Shown here one piece after another: positions 36,451 through 48,190 of a stretch of 64,000 nucleotides of DNA. Each line of letters opens with the position of its first letter. Positions within the stretch are counted from its first letter, which is position 1. A program made the position numbers and the translations under genes. Where the stretch lies: positions 2,232,001 through 2,296,000 of the forward strand of contig CM038998.1 in the NCBI GenBank assembly GCA_017499595.2. Direction: 5' to 3'. Below the pieces are notes generated by a model that searched no databases, was not told the DNA's origin, and saw only the letters and a list, made by a program, of their open reading frames with translations. The stretch comes from Psilocybe cubensis (lineage: Eukaryota).

Positions 36451-38462
36451 CTATCTAGCAGGTTGAGTCTGCATCTGATATGATGGATAGTATACTTGCT
36501 GAGCTGGATAAACAGAGCCGCCATTTACCATTGGTGACTGCGGATGTCGTTGAGTGGGTGTTTGGTTGTGCAGGTTCGCGTTGACATTGGCTACATTGCT
36601 TACCACTGTGTTGGCAATCGCTGGTGAACGAGTCACTGTGGTGATACTACTCGTGGAGGAAGACGTCGAATTAAAGAAGTTTCCATACGAAGTAGGGATA
36701 TTCGTTGGTAACGTAGTCAAAGTAGGTTGTGGCGTTCCTCTTCCTGAACCGGGGCCATTGGACGCTTGGTTCGGCTGGGGATACCATTGTGAGTAACCTG
36801 TAATTTGTTGCTGCCCAATAGCTGCGCCATAGGGTTGTTGGTTGGCTGTCCCAGTGCCATAAGTTTGCTGTGTAACATATGTTTGCTGTTGTTGGCCAGC
36901 CGGGATATAGCCTTGATAATAGGTTGACACTTGACCAGGTGTGTATGGAGTGTAAGTAGGCGCTTGCTGCGAACGGTATGTCTGTTGCTGCTGTTGAGGG
37001 TAGGCATATGAGTACCCCGCGTACGTATTGGCAGTGGATGTTGAAGCTGGAGTAGATGGAGTGCTCATAACTGGCGTCGGAATAGCGGCACCGGGGCGAA
37101 CCTTGACCGTTAAATCATCGTGGAGAGCGGTGCTGCGGCCGGCAGGTAAAGTGCCATACCACCCTGGAGAAGGTTCAAGAGAAAGTGTAAGATGAAGCTT
37201 GTGGAGTACTGATGCAGGTGGTATGATGGCTGGGCGTTGTTCAGAAGAGGATCGGGGACGCAAAGAAGCTAGCAGAGTTAGAGAATCAAGTATTGCTTGC
37301 GCTATAAATGGCGTCGATAATTTGAAAAAAAAAGATTGAGAATCGACAAAGGCGTACCTGTTTCCCATTCTTCGGAATTCTCTTCTGCATTACTGGTTGG
37401 GTGTTTTGTCATGCGTTGGAACTGGAGTTCTTCTAGCCGTTCCAAAGCTCGTTGATTCCTGTCGAGCAAGGTTTGCACGGACTTTTCAAGTTCCAGGCTA
37501 TTAAGCGTGGCCTTGATAGATTCGACATCTTCAGGAGGCAACAAAGATTCAAGCACAAGGTTTGTTGAAGACGACCCGTCTTGAGATAAAAGGGATTTGC
37601 GTAATTCTGGAGTAATTTCAACAACGGAGCTTGTTTCCTCACGATGCTGGCAACGAATCTCCCTTAACCTCTTCCTCTCCTCGCGATACCAAAGAACCTG
37701 TCCAAGTTGTTCATTCCCTACAACTTCTCCATCCTCGTCAAAGGACGGGGCGAAGCTTGTGTACAAGCCGTAATCCAAGAAGCCACTCGCTGTGACCCTT
37801 CTTTGTGAGAGAGGTGACTTTTTGGGGGATAATGGTTTTGTAGAGTATGAGCCAAGGGTTGGGACAGGAATATCCTTGGAGGAAGAAGGGGTTGGTAGAA
37901 CAGCCACAAGTTCTGCGTTTGCGGTATGCAGGTTTTTGGGAGGATCGTCTGTATGAAGCACGGATGACCAATAATCACCCGCTGGCAGATGTTGAACGAG
38001 TGCATAACTGGGTTTAGGCCTTGGGGGTGAGGAATCTACATCTGGAAGACTTGCGAGAGCGGTTTGAATATCCGTAGATGGAAGTTGTTCAAGAAGAGCA
38101 TGAGCGAGACTACAGAAACGAAGCTGTTGCTCAGCAGTTGAAGACAACCTTGCGCGAGGAAGAGAAGAAATCGGTTTTAGCTGCTGAATGGCTGAGTGAA
38201 CGGTAGATATGGAGGTGGATGTTGTGAGAAGAGAACGAAGAGAAGCGGAGTCGTCAGAGCCTGGTACAGGAAAAACGCGATCCAGAAGACCAAGTGTGTC
38301 CTCTGCCTCGAGCACGGCGAGCAAACGGTGGGCATCTATGTGATATGGTAGGTCTGTTGTGCGATTCTGTTTGTTGGATGCATGCTCGTCGTTGTCTGCA
38401 TTGTCAAAGGATCGCTTGCGCTTGAGGTCTGCAGTCGATGACCGCGTCGCGCGCGCCATCAT
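36451..38462 (-). CDS. Hypothetical nuclear protein with BRD7/Rsc58-like motif, coiled coil and Q/Y/P-rich C-terminus
   Basis: Two long exons (38462-37358 and ~37305-36451); NLS-like LKRKR; FLDYGLYTSFAPSFD; VQTLLDRNQRALERLEELQFQRM; low-complexity tail. Confidence 0.7.
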
Positions 38463-38530
38463 GAAATGCAAGAGCAAAAAGGTTCAAACTCCGCTTGGTC
38501 GAAGCACTCTTGACTTTGTTCAGTTCAGAC

Positions 38531-39002
38531 ATGCCAGCGTCCTTGTTACGAGCGTCCCTGCGCTCCCGTCCTGCCAACGGCCATGTCGCCTACTTACCCC
38601 AGATACGCAAGCTCGTCTTTGAGTACTGCGACAAGTGGCCCACCTCGACAAACACCCGTATTTACATAAACACCCGGATCGAGGCCCTTGCAAAGGAAAA
38701 TCCCCATGTCGAGGTCGTGGTGAAGCAGCGCAACCACAAGGAACCCATCGTTCGAGGATTCTACGGTCAGCTAATTGCTTCTGCCCTGTTGTTCTATTTC
38801 TCATTTTGTTATAGTGAACAACCGGGACAAGGTCATCCCTCTCAAGTCATTGGAGGTCACGGGCATTCACCAAAAAGTGCAACTTCTTCTCGACTCCTCA
38901 GGTGCCAAAATAGTTCCCCTCAAGCGACGCGCCGTGGAGAGCACAACAGAGTCGCCGAGGGGTATCTGGAGTGGACTGCACGCAGACCGACCTTCGCTCT
39001 GA
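38531..39002 (+). CDS. MRPL51: Mitochondrial ribosomal protein mL43 (yeast MRPL51-like; L51/S25/CI-B8 domain)
   Basis: IRKLVFEYCDKWPTS...AKENPHVEVVVKQRNHKEPIVRGFY|VNNRDKVI...LLDSSGAK...VESTTESPRGIWSGLH. Confidence 0.9.
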
Positions 39003-39303
39003 ATCCCTTCCTTCCCTACCTATATCACGTGACAAAATGTACAATATACTCTACGCCGCCCCTTGCGTTTAATTTCATCTCTGTCTAAATCACCTCATTC
39101 ATTCGGATATTGTTTGTGTCTCCATGCTCTTCTTTTACTTCCAGAAACGAGGCTCCTTTTCCTTTCCATGCTCCATCAACTTGGTACACGTGTAAGCCGT
39201 GAGGTCGGGTAGACACACTCATACATTTTCCCCATTCTTAAGCCAGCGTACATCCGCACCACTGACTTTTGCAGGCTCACTCCTCTTTTTCTTCTTGTGT
39301 GAG

Positions 39304-41098
39304 ATGCTGCTCGTAAGTCTCGTTGCCCGATATCTGTATCATTCCGCTCAATTCTTCTTCAGACTATGGATGATTTGTCCCTTGATATATCTTCCGAAGA
39401 ACTAATCTGGCTCCAAGCTAGCGCAGTTTTTGATGACTCTCCGGTAAGCTATGGTTATATACTCCGTTTTCTGTGCCAATTCGCTTGGAATAGTTGTCCC
39501 CACCTAAAAATGACGACGATATCTTTATGCAAGATTTATCGTTATCCGGTTCTATTGACTCTTTACGCTCTTCATTACATCCACCACATGCAACTCTTGT
39601 GAGTCGACATAACCTGCTGTGCTTGAGAATTTTTTTGATATACTCTCAGAGTTCACCCTCCCCGAATTTGCAGTGTCCCTCAAAACTTGTAGGCTCTTTT
39701 CCAACCCCGTCTCGAAGCAGCATACGTCCGAATGGCTCGCCGCGGTCTGAATGGATTTATCGCCGACCTAGGTCCCCTGCCAGTAGTAATCACCGTTCCC
39801 GTACTTGCGGTGCATACCCCCGTCCTTCAACGGGATACACAAAACAGACATCCATTCAGATCACGCCTTCCTGTCCTAGCGCAAGCGTTCTCACCACTCG
39901 CATAGCAACTGTGGCATCATCACGACCATCCCCGGCGGATTTGAAAAATATGCAGGCAACGACCTCCACCAGCCCTTTCTGGTCAAGTATGCTCCGTACC
40001 CGACCACGGTCAGAAAGATCAACACCCCTTCTTAAAACTATTCCATCTGATTCCCAGGTCGTCCTATCTCCTCCGGACCTCGCACCAGTGTCGAAAATTT
40101 CGTCTCCCAAAAGGATATCTGCACCTAAAAGCTTGTCTTCTAGGCCACCTTCGGCATCATCGACTCTTTCGAGCGCGTCTAATTCTCCATCCCCTTCATC
40201 TTCTCGTTCTGAAAGCCCTGTAACTCCAATATCTATTCCCTATACTGGAGCTTACAACCGCGTACATCGCCGTCAGCGGTCGTATCACCGACGCCACCGT
40301 ACCCATCCGGACAGCGAAATTAACATACCGCCAACGCTACTCTCTCAGTCTTGTCCATCCAAATCTATTCTAACGCGCACTTCTTCGGTATCTACCAAAG
40401 CTTCGTCACACACCGTAAACAAATCTGTGAAGTTCGCCGCCAACGCCACCGTGCATTACACAGGACAAGATGATCTTACCATGTCGTCGAAAGATGAACA
40501 GGCATATGGAGGTGAAGATATGGGGTTCAACTTGGATGTGATATATGACGACGACCAATCAGTTGCAGAATACCGCGGGAATGATACGATAGACATGGCG
40601 ATGCTCCGTGAACTGCACTGTACCACTCCCACTCCGGAGCTAGAGAGAGCAAAGACGAAGGGGATTAAACGGCTCATGACCCTGTCCAAACGAATAACAA
40701 GCCCTGAGGCTGGTACAGATACTCTGTTCACTGGCAATGTGCACAAGGTCCCTCTTTCGCAATCTTGTCCTGTTTCGCCGCGACCAATTATTTCCACTCC
40801 TTTCCCATTAGGTACAACCCGTGCCCAGGCAATGCAGTCTGTTCTGTCTTTGAAGCCTGCCATGCATCAAAATTTAAAAGGCGACAGCACTGGTTCTACT
40901 CTCGCTCACCCTCTTTCAGAGTCTAGGGCTAGTATAGGCTCGCCTTCTCTCCGGACCGCACCATCGTGTGAAAGTATTCGAAGCTCAAAGAGTGCAGCAG
41001 CTCGCAGCGTTCGGAGCTTGGGGAGCGTGAAAAGTACATCCAGCACACGAGGATTTAGAGCATGGCTAGTTCGCACTGTTGGTTGGACCGAGTCTTAA
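39304..41098 (+). CDS. Hypothetical Ser/Pro/Arg-rich, probably disordered protein
   Basis: Long ORF 39494-41098 plus small upstream exons (MLL|TMDDLSLDISSEELIWL...); contains KSILTR and KSVKFA (RVxF-like). Start may be 39304 or 39366. Confidence 0.65.
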
Positions 41099-41389
41099 CT
41101 TTCATTATGTATATGTATGTCGGACACACGTATTTCGGTGATACTCTCAGATGCTTTCACTTTACAATATAGATTTTCCTTCAGTCCATATAGTATGCTG
41201 AATCCTATATACAATACCTCTTTTCTCGGTCAATTATATATTGAAACTGTTACTAACCATGTATCTATCATGTAAATACTATGCACTTATATGTGAATAC
41301 AATACAGGGTCATCTTGTAGGATAATAGAGTAATAACATAAACTAACTACTAGTATCCATTGGGTAAAATAGCGGATAACTAGAACTAT

Positions 41390-43036
41390 TCACCGCCCTG
41401 CCAGACAGGCATGTTTGGGAACAAATATATCAGGACGTATGCCCTCGGTTTTCGTGGAGTTCATCGATACCAAAGGCATTGGTAAGGGGTCGATATATAA
41501 TGGCGCCATATCACCGCCTTGGGAATTGCGGGCACGTAGGTTTCCGCCTTGAATCCTCATGGTTGAATCTAATACACTTCCATACACACTGCGTTGATTC
41601 ATATGGTTTTGACCGATAGGTCCAATGTGGTCATTGTCTACATTATCTTGTAGAGGATTCATTCTGGATCTCTGTAAAGCCTGAATTCGGTATGCTGTTC
41701 GGGACCGCTCAAGTTCTTCTTCCTCATCAGGCGAGATTTCGTTACCATCCGCATCAAGTCGGGCTGTAAAAGTTTCAAAAAAAATGTAAAATTGAAGAGC
41801 CTTCCTAAACGTACCCCATCCTCGTCGAGGAAATGACCGCTCTGGAGGATTGACTGCGGGATTAGTAGTTTGCGTGATCCTAATTGTTTCCAGTGGGGTT
41901 GACTGAGAAGTAATTCGTTGGGACTCGTGTGACTGCTCCGAATCTCCTTCTTGTCCAAAAAATAATGTCGATAGAAAGTGTTCGTCAGACCAGTCTATAA
42001 AGGAATCACGGGCGTCAGACTGTGTCCGCTCTAAAATGCGACGATCCTGTCCATTCGTCAAGGGAGAATCCATTGGTCGCGATTCTGTGCCAACAGGCAA
42101 CCGCAAAACATTTCTCGGACCGTTCGAATGAGGCGGATTAAGCACTGTGTGGAACCGATCTGCAGTGCGGTCTTGGAGAGACCGGTCACTCACACGCACC
42201 TCAGGACGCATTCGCCACCTGCGATCAGAGCTCCGCCAGTTTGGAGGAGCCACTGGCGAGGAAGGATGATTGACCACTCGACCGCCAAGTGTGTCAAAGA
42301 TCCCAGTCAAGTGACCATGTCTCTCCACACGATGACTTGTACCAGTAAAAGATTCTACGGCAGGGTGGGGTGCATCCCTTCGGATGTTGTTGATTTCTGC
42401 AGAGTCTGCATTGTGTAGTCGAGTCTGATGACCTCGTGCCTCTCTCGCCGCTACGCGTAGACCTCGAAGAGTTGTACCCGCGTCGTAGTCGATCCATCGC
42501 CTTGAAAGAAATTGCATGTCGTTAGAAAGTTCTCGTCGAGAATGGGTATGCAGAGTGTTGGGAGTAGAAAAAGGCTGGAGATAGATGGAGTCGTTAAGGT
42601 CCAACAAGCCTTCTTGAACATTAGCGTCTTGAACATCACCAGATGTAGGAGGATCGACGTCGGAATGGTTAGCTACGGGTGGTATCTGAGGTAGTATGTG
42701 ATTCGTGCTCGGATGTTGTTCCATGGATAGTTCATTTCCTGACTGCGAGGAGCCTCCTGCTAGCAGAAGAGCGTCATGACCAGGTTCTATTTCATTGAAG
42801 TTTCGACCAGAGAATCGCGGGATGCTCTCTGTACTCGGAAGCGAATCAGAGAGCTCCCTCAAATTACGTCGGACTTGACGAATCCTATCATAAGCCATCT
42901 CCAGTGCCATGGATGCCTGTTGTAAGCTTCTTTGCGTGTCGCCATGCTCCTGGTCATTCACTGCCAAGTCGCTCGTTGAGAACTCCGTTCTACTGTAAGA
43001 TTCTGCCATCGGCGATTCCAAGTTTTCGCTATTCAT
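41390..43036 (-). CDS. Hypothetical protein
   Basis: 586-aa ORF with a probable in-frame intron near 41765-41815; C-terminal blocks RRGW|ARLDADGNEI..EEEELER, IDPLPMPL, HACLAGR*. Confidence 0.7.
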   Translation of the reverse strand: MNSENLESPMAESYSRTEFSTSDLAVNDQEHGDTQRSLQQASMALEMAYDRIRQVRRNLRELSDSLPSTESIPRFSGRNFNEIEPGHDALLLAGGSSQSGNELSMEQHPSTNHILPQIPPVANHSDVDPPTSGDVQDANVQEGLLDLNDSIYLQPFSTPNTLHTHSRRELSNDMQFLSRRWIDYDAGTTLRGLRVAAREARGHQTRLHNADSAEINNIRRDAPHPAVESFTGTSHRVERHGHLTGIFDTLGGRVVNHPSSPVAPPNWRSSDRRWRMRPEVRVSDRSLQDRTADRFHTVLNPPHSNGPRNVLRLPVGTESRPMDSPLTNGQDRRILERTQSDARDSFIDWSDEHFLSTLFFGQEGDSEQSHESQRITSQSTPLETIRITQTTNPAVNPPERSFPRRGWGTFRKALQFYIFFETFTARLDADGNEISPDEEEELERSRTAYRIQALQRSRMNPLQDNVDNDHIGPIGQNHMNQRSVYGSVLDSTMRIQGGNLRARNSQGGDMAPLYIDPLPMPLVSMNSTKTEGIRPDIFVPKHACLAGR

Positions 43037-43702
43037 TCGACTGATGGGTGTAAAAGTTGAAACTGTTGCGATACCTATGGGGATCCAGGGAACTGCTGTG
43101 ATACAAAGGATATGTCTATCGGGAAACGATTCGTGGCAATGATATACCAATAACTAAGTGATGAGCAATGATGAAAATGGCACTTTTGCCATTCTCAAAT
43201 TGGCTTTTCTGCCGTAAATAAGTCTTGCCACGCGAGCGAGTCACCAATTCAATTGTAAAGAGTGTAAAGACCAGCCACGTTGACTTGGATAACTACGGAG
43301 TATAGAAACGATACAGAATTGCGAATACTCATCATGAATATATATTATAACTATAAGGTGTTTTACCGACAAATTAAGGCCCAACGACTCTAAAACGACT
43401 CCCGTACTCGGGCAAATTTTTTATTACTCATGTTGAAGGAGACGCCGTCACGTGTTACAACTTGCTACTTGCCATTCAAGCAAAAAAAATGAGATTGGAC
43501 AGAATTGGCTTGGGTTTAATTTGAGGAGAAAATTGAGACGAAATGACATTGTAATATTATGTTTATGGAATAGAATACGAGGAGAAGCTTTTGACAATGA
43601 ATATTGAGAGATCTCAAATCAACATGTCTGCGTGGCATACGCAAAATAATACAGGATGTAAGGTAGATTTCATGTAACAGAATTTGGAAAAATCCTTGTA
43701 GG

Positions 43703-45818
43703 TTATGAAAAGTCGGTAGCTTGATTTGTTCGTTTGTTGAGACGGCGAAGAACTGGATTAACCCCGGTGAAGCAGGTGACAAGGCAAAGTGAAAGCAAGA
43801 GTAAACCAGCAGCCAAGACACACAGTACCAGCCAGCCCTTCCGGACATTATCATATATCTTTTAAATGGTTAGCGTACTCGTACCAAAACCGTGAAACAT
43901 CTTTCGGTCAAGGGGAAATGATTCCTTACCTGTCCTCCAACTATTGGCCCAACTGTCGAAGAAACATTCAGAACTCACTCAGATCAAAGAAACTAAAGTG
44001 GTCCCTTACTCGATGTTCCAACACCATACACAAGATTGAATGCCCCATAAACATGGGCATCTGATTGGAGTACTTCAGATCAATTGCATAAATCTTTTTT
44101 ATATAAAAAAAACATACAGCCCACGCCTTCTAGCGTCCGGGAAACAGCAGCGAGTTCAGCCGTCAACGGCGCAATAACTCCTGACGTAAAAAAAGCTGGA
44201 AACCCCAGGTCATTTGTGTGTCAGTATCATAGGTAGACTTTGTGCTTACATTGAAAAGCAAAACAGACAATAAAAAGCGCTAGGCTTCGCTCGATAATAA
44301 TAACCCCCCACCAAGGCAATGCCAAAAGTATCGAAAGAATTGATACCCACTCTGCACCTCTTTTATCGGTGAAGTAACCTGCAAGCGGTGAGGCTATCCC
44401 ATGATAAATTTTTTTTCAGACATTAACAAGATTGGCCTCACAAAAAAGAGTAGGCACCACTGCGGCGATCATCACAAGGCCGACAGATTTCGAATTGAGG
44501 TTCCAGACGTCTTGCAGATGTAGGGGAATTGATGGCTCTTGAATGCTATAGGTTACTCTAAGGCGACGTTAACTTCAAAATAAAGAAACCAGGTGAGATG
44601 TTTAGCGAGTACCCATATACAAATATGACAAATAATGCAGCCAGCGCTCGCGGTGATTTTGAGAGTTGGACTATCACAGACAGTAATGAAAGATGCTCTG
44701 TGGTTGTTTCTTTAGATAGCTGGTCTTCAGCGACTCCTTTGAGGAATTCTGGGACATCTGCAGGGTCTATAGTCGAATTTTCTATGCCATGCGAAACATT
44801 TTCGTTATAAGAAACCGTCTTGGACAAACTATCTGGCGCTTCGGCGGGGTCGAGACCCCAGACGAGGGCATCTTTTCGCTCGATAATAATGAGGCGACCT
44901 ATGAGGTCAATCACAGTAGCAGAAATTCCGAAGATAAAAGGTCCGCGATACCCGAAGTGGTCATAAAGTAAACCACCTACGGGAGGGCCAATAGAAAATC
45001 TAGATGAAGAAGGGCCTCGGCATTTCGTGATAATGTCGTTTTAAGACTGTACTTCTCACCCTATAGACATGCCACACATTGCAATACCCAACTGCACTGG
45101 GGCATATGAAAAGACTATCAGTTTTCTTTGTAAGAGATAGAATAGAAAATGTGCCTTACATCCAACGATTGAAGGGGGGGAAGTATCACATCTGCCACGA
45201 TATAGTGAAAATTTGCGATGCACAAGATAGAAGAACATACAAAAGAGCTAGCCCGATAACCCAGACAATCGATGACCCTATTCCTTGCAATATACGCGCG
45301 ATACACATCACAGCGTAATTCGGTGCTTCCATTAACATTATTTGAGATCCTACAAGAACGAACAAACCGGCTATCAGGGGCATTTTTCTGGCCTTGTAGC
45401 GCTCCGACAGCATTGCGATAGGAATCGTGGCTAGGAGACATATGGGTCGAAGAAACTATATGCAGATTTGTTATTACCTACATATAACCAAGCCACCGGA
45501 CTGGAGAAGAGCGTGTCAGATTGAGGTTGACGTCGTCAGCAAGAAGAAACTTGCAAAAGCAAATAACAACCACCCAGTCATGGAGGAGATACTGGAATGG
45601 CCAAGGCGTTCAAGATGAAAGGGTATAACCGGTATGATCATTGAGTAAACAAGGAGATCAACTGCGACACCTAAACAGTAAAAAATATTAGCATGTCAGG
45701 TCAATTAAACTTAGTCAATAAAGATAAGATTAAGGCACGAACCTAAACCAATAACGAAGGTCACCATCCAGGAAGAAGATCGCCATTTCAAGCCTATAGG
45801 TCTCCTTTTTGGGTCCAT
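43703..45818 (-). CDS. Major facilitator superfamily transporter (DHA1/vesicular amine transporter-like)
   Basis: WRSS N-terminal motif, DLLVYSMIIPVIPFHL, LSERYKARK, ARILQGIGSSIVWVIGLALL, GPPVGG, IQEPSIPLHL, YGAFNL; many TM segments. Confidence 0.88.
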
Positions 45819-46013
45819 TGCGGTCCGAACGACGAACAATAAAGGCGGTTTAGTACGGCTAGTAAATACCTGGAAAGTGCAGTGCAATACATGCAATCAA
45901 TGTGAGAGGTCAAAATTCCAAGTCCGAGATTTAGCTTGCCGATTACGTATGCATGTTCGGGCCGAAACTGTCAGTTTGCTGTTTGTTCGTTCACTCAGGA
46001 GTCAGCACTGTGC

Positions 46014-48116
46014 ATGCCAATCTCACTCCTTCGTTCAACCTCTTTTCGTTTTCCACATATTTGTGTGCGCACCATGTCTCTTCGATCAACTTCACTACAA
46101 CGCGTCACCGCCCCTAGAAAACTAAACATTGAATTGACTGAGGTGGAAAGAAAAATTTGCGATCTATTGCGTGGATGTACCGCATATCTACAACAGGAGA
46201 AAGGAATTAGTACTACGTGTAGAATAGCGGGGGGCTGGGTTCGCGACAAGGTTAATTCCATATCGTTCTGATGGCCTACATCATGCTTGAAATTGTGTTC
46301 CTTTTTGTCGCAGTTGTTAGGTTTGCAAAGTCATGATATGGACGTTGCTCTCAGTAGCATGATGGGTCTTGCGTTTGCTGAGCATCTCAGTGCATTCGCC
46401 AACTCAAAAGGGGTGAAATTGGGAACAATCACCAAAATTGAGCAAAACCCCGATCAGTCGAAACATTTGGAGACTGCAACCTTGAAGATATTCGGGCTCG
46501 ATATTGATCTTGTCAATCTGCGCAGCGAAGAGTATGCCGCTGGGAGCAGGATCCCATGTGGAGTGGTAAATTTCTGTCGAATCATGAGCTGCTTCTTGGT
46601 TCACTCATAAGCCTTCAGTCATTTGGAACCCCGCTGGAGGATGCGCTACGAAGAGATATCACCATCAATGCTTTATTCTACAATGTTGAAACTAGCATGG
46701 TTGAAGATTTTACGGGAAAGGTGGACGGCTTTCTTGCTTCAAGTTAAGGCCAGAGTACTGATTGAATATCAGGGAGTGGATGACTTGCGAAACGGTATCA
46801 TTCGGACGCCTATGCCACCTATGGAAACTTTTCAGGACGACCCGCTCCGTGTTCTACGTTGTATAAGATTTGCTAGTAGGTTCGGGTTTGAAGTTGTCAG
46901 CGATATTGAAGAAGCAGCCAAAAGTCCAATTATTCAGGTTTGTATTTTTCTGTATGCGCCACCTTCCCGCATTGAACGCAGTCCAGAAAGCATTGGTCGA
47001 AAAGGTCGCCCGAGAAAGGGTAGGTGATGAAGTTAGTAAAATGATAACGGGTATGTTTTATTATTATTCTCTCTTGGAGTATCATTATTAACGACGGCTG
47101 CATAGGAAGGAATCCCCTTCAATCTGCCAACCTTATCCATCAACTTGCACTCTATCCTTCCATTTTTTGCGTGGTACCACCGGATGCAAAATCCTCAATG
47201 GCTGATGTAAACCTCATGCAAGATTATCCCAATGTTGCCCTGGGTTCTGCTGTTATTCTAAACTCACTGTTGTCACTCGATTCCGCTCTGGGATTTAGGG
47301 TACACCCGGCTTTGTTGTCAAACGTCAAGGATGATTCATCCGCGAAAGCCCGCATCATGCTTGCCACGCTTTTAACACCGTTTGTGGGGATGACGTTCCT
47401 CGATAAGAAAAAGAAAATTCATCCGGTTGTGGCTAGTGTAATTCGCGATTCGCTGAAACTAGGATCTCAGAATCATTTCTTAGATGGCATACCTGCCTTG
47501 TTTTCAAGCTTGTCTGTTATCAAGGAACACGTGGAAAGTCATGAACAAAATCGTCTGGGACGCGCAAAGATGGGCCTTTTTCTTCGACACAAATTTGTCC
47601 ACAATCCGAACATTGGAAACCACTGGACATCGTCTTTATTGTTCTCTCTAGTAACTCGTCTGCGACCGCTTTATGATTTACAGAATGACATTTTCGATAG
47701 TGCGTCCAAGATTACCACGATTTTTCTTACATTAACGCTGGTAAACCAGTTGAAGCTGCCTCAAGGATTGTTACAAGCTATAATTCCCTTTTGGACACAG
47801 TATTTGATTTTGCATTGCAACAGGACATTGACGCTAAACCATTGCTTAATGTAAGTGGAACCGCGAATTTCTCGGCTGCAGTATTGACACCGCGCCTAAG
47901 GGGCGCGAGGTTGGAACGGCATTTGGCGTATCAAAACCTGGGCCATGGATAGGAAAAGTGTTGGAAGACGTTGTCGAGTGGCAACTTGGTCATCCAAAAA
48001 GTTCAAAAAGCGATTGTCTGCAGTGGTTGCAAAGTCGTGGTATCCAATCATATATATCTGACGCTGGTGACAGCGAAAAGGTCCAGGCACCTACGAAGCG
48101 ACTTCGCACGAAGTGA
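46014..48116 (+). CDS. CCA1: tRNA nucleotidyltransferase (CCA-adding enzyme, class II)
   Basis: RIAGGWVRDK|LLG..SHDMDVA, KHLETAT, DLVNLRSEEY, EDALRRDITINALFYN, DDPLRVLRCIRFASRF, ARERVG. Confidence 0.94.
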
Positions 48117-48190
48117 AATACAGATAGCGAAACATCCAATTTTGCTCTCATTGTATTATAATCACAAGATAAATCAATCGAATGATAAAT

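Noticed and set aside
39168..39405. Possible spliced uORF upstream of the Ser-rich gene
   Set aside because: Depends on unverified 5' exons and start site; too speculative.
43158..43200. GTGATGA/ATGATGA box-C-like motifs and a small hairpin suggesting a C/D snoRNA
   Set aside because: No suitably placed CTGA box D or terminal stem found.
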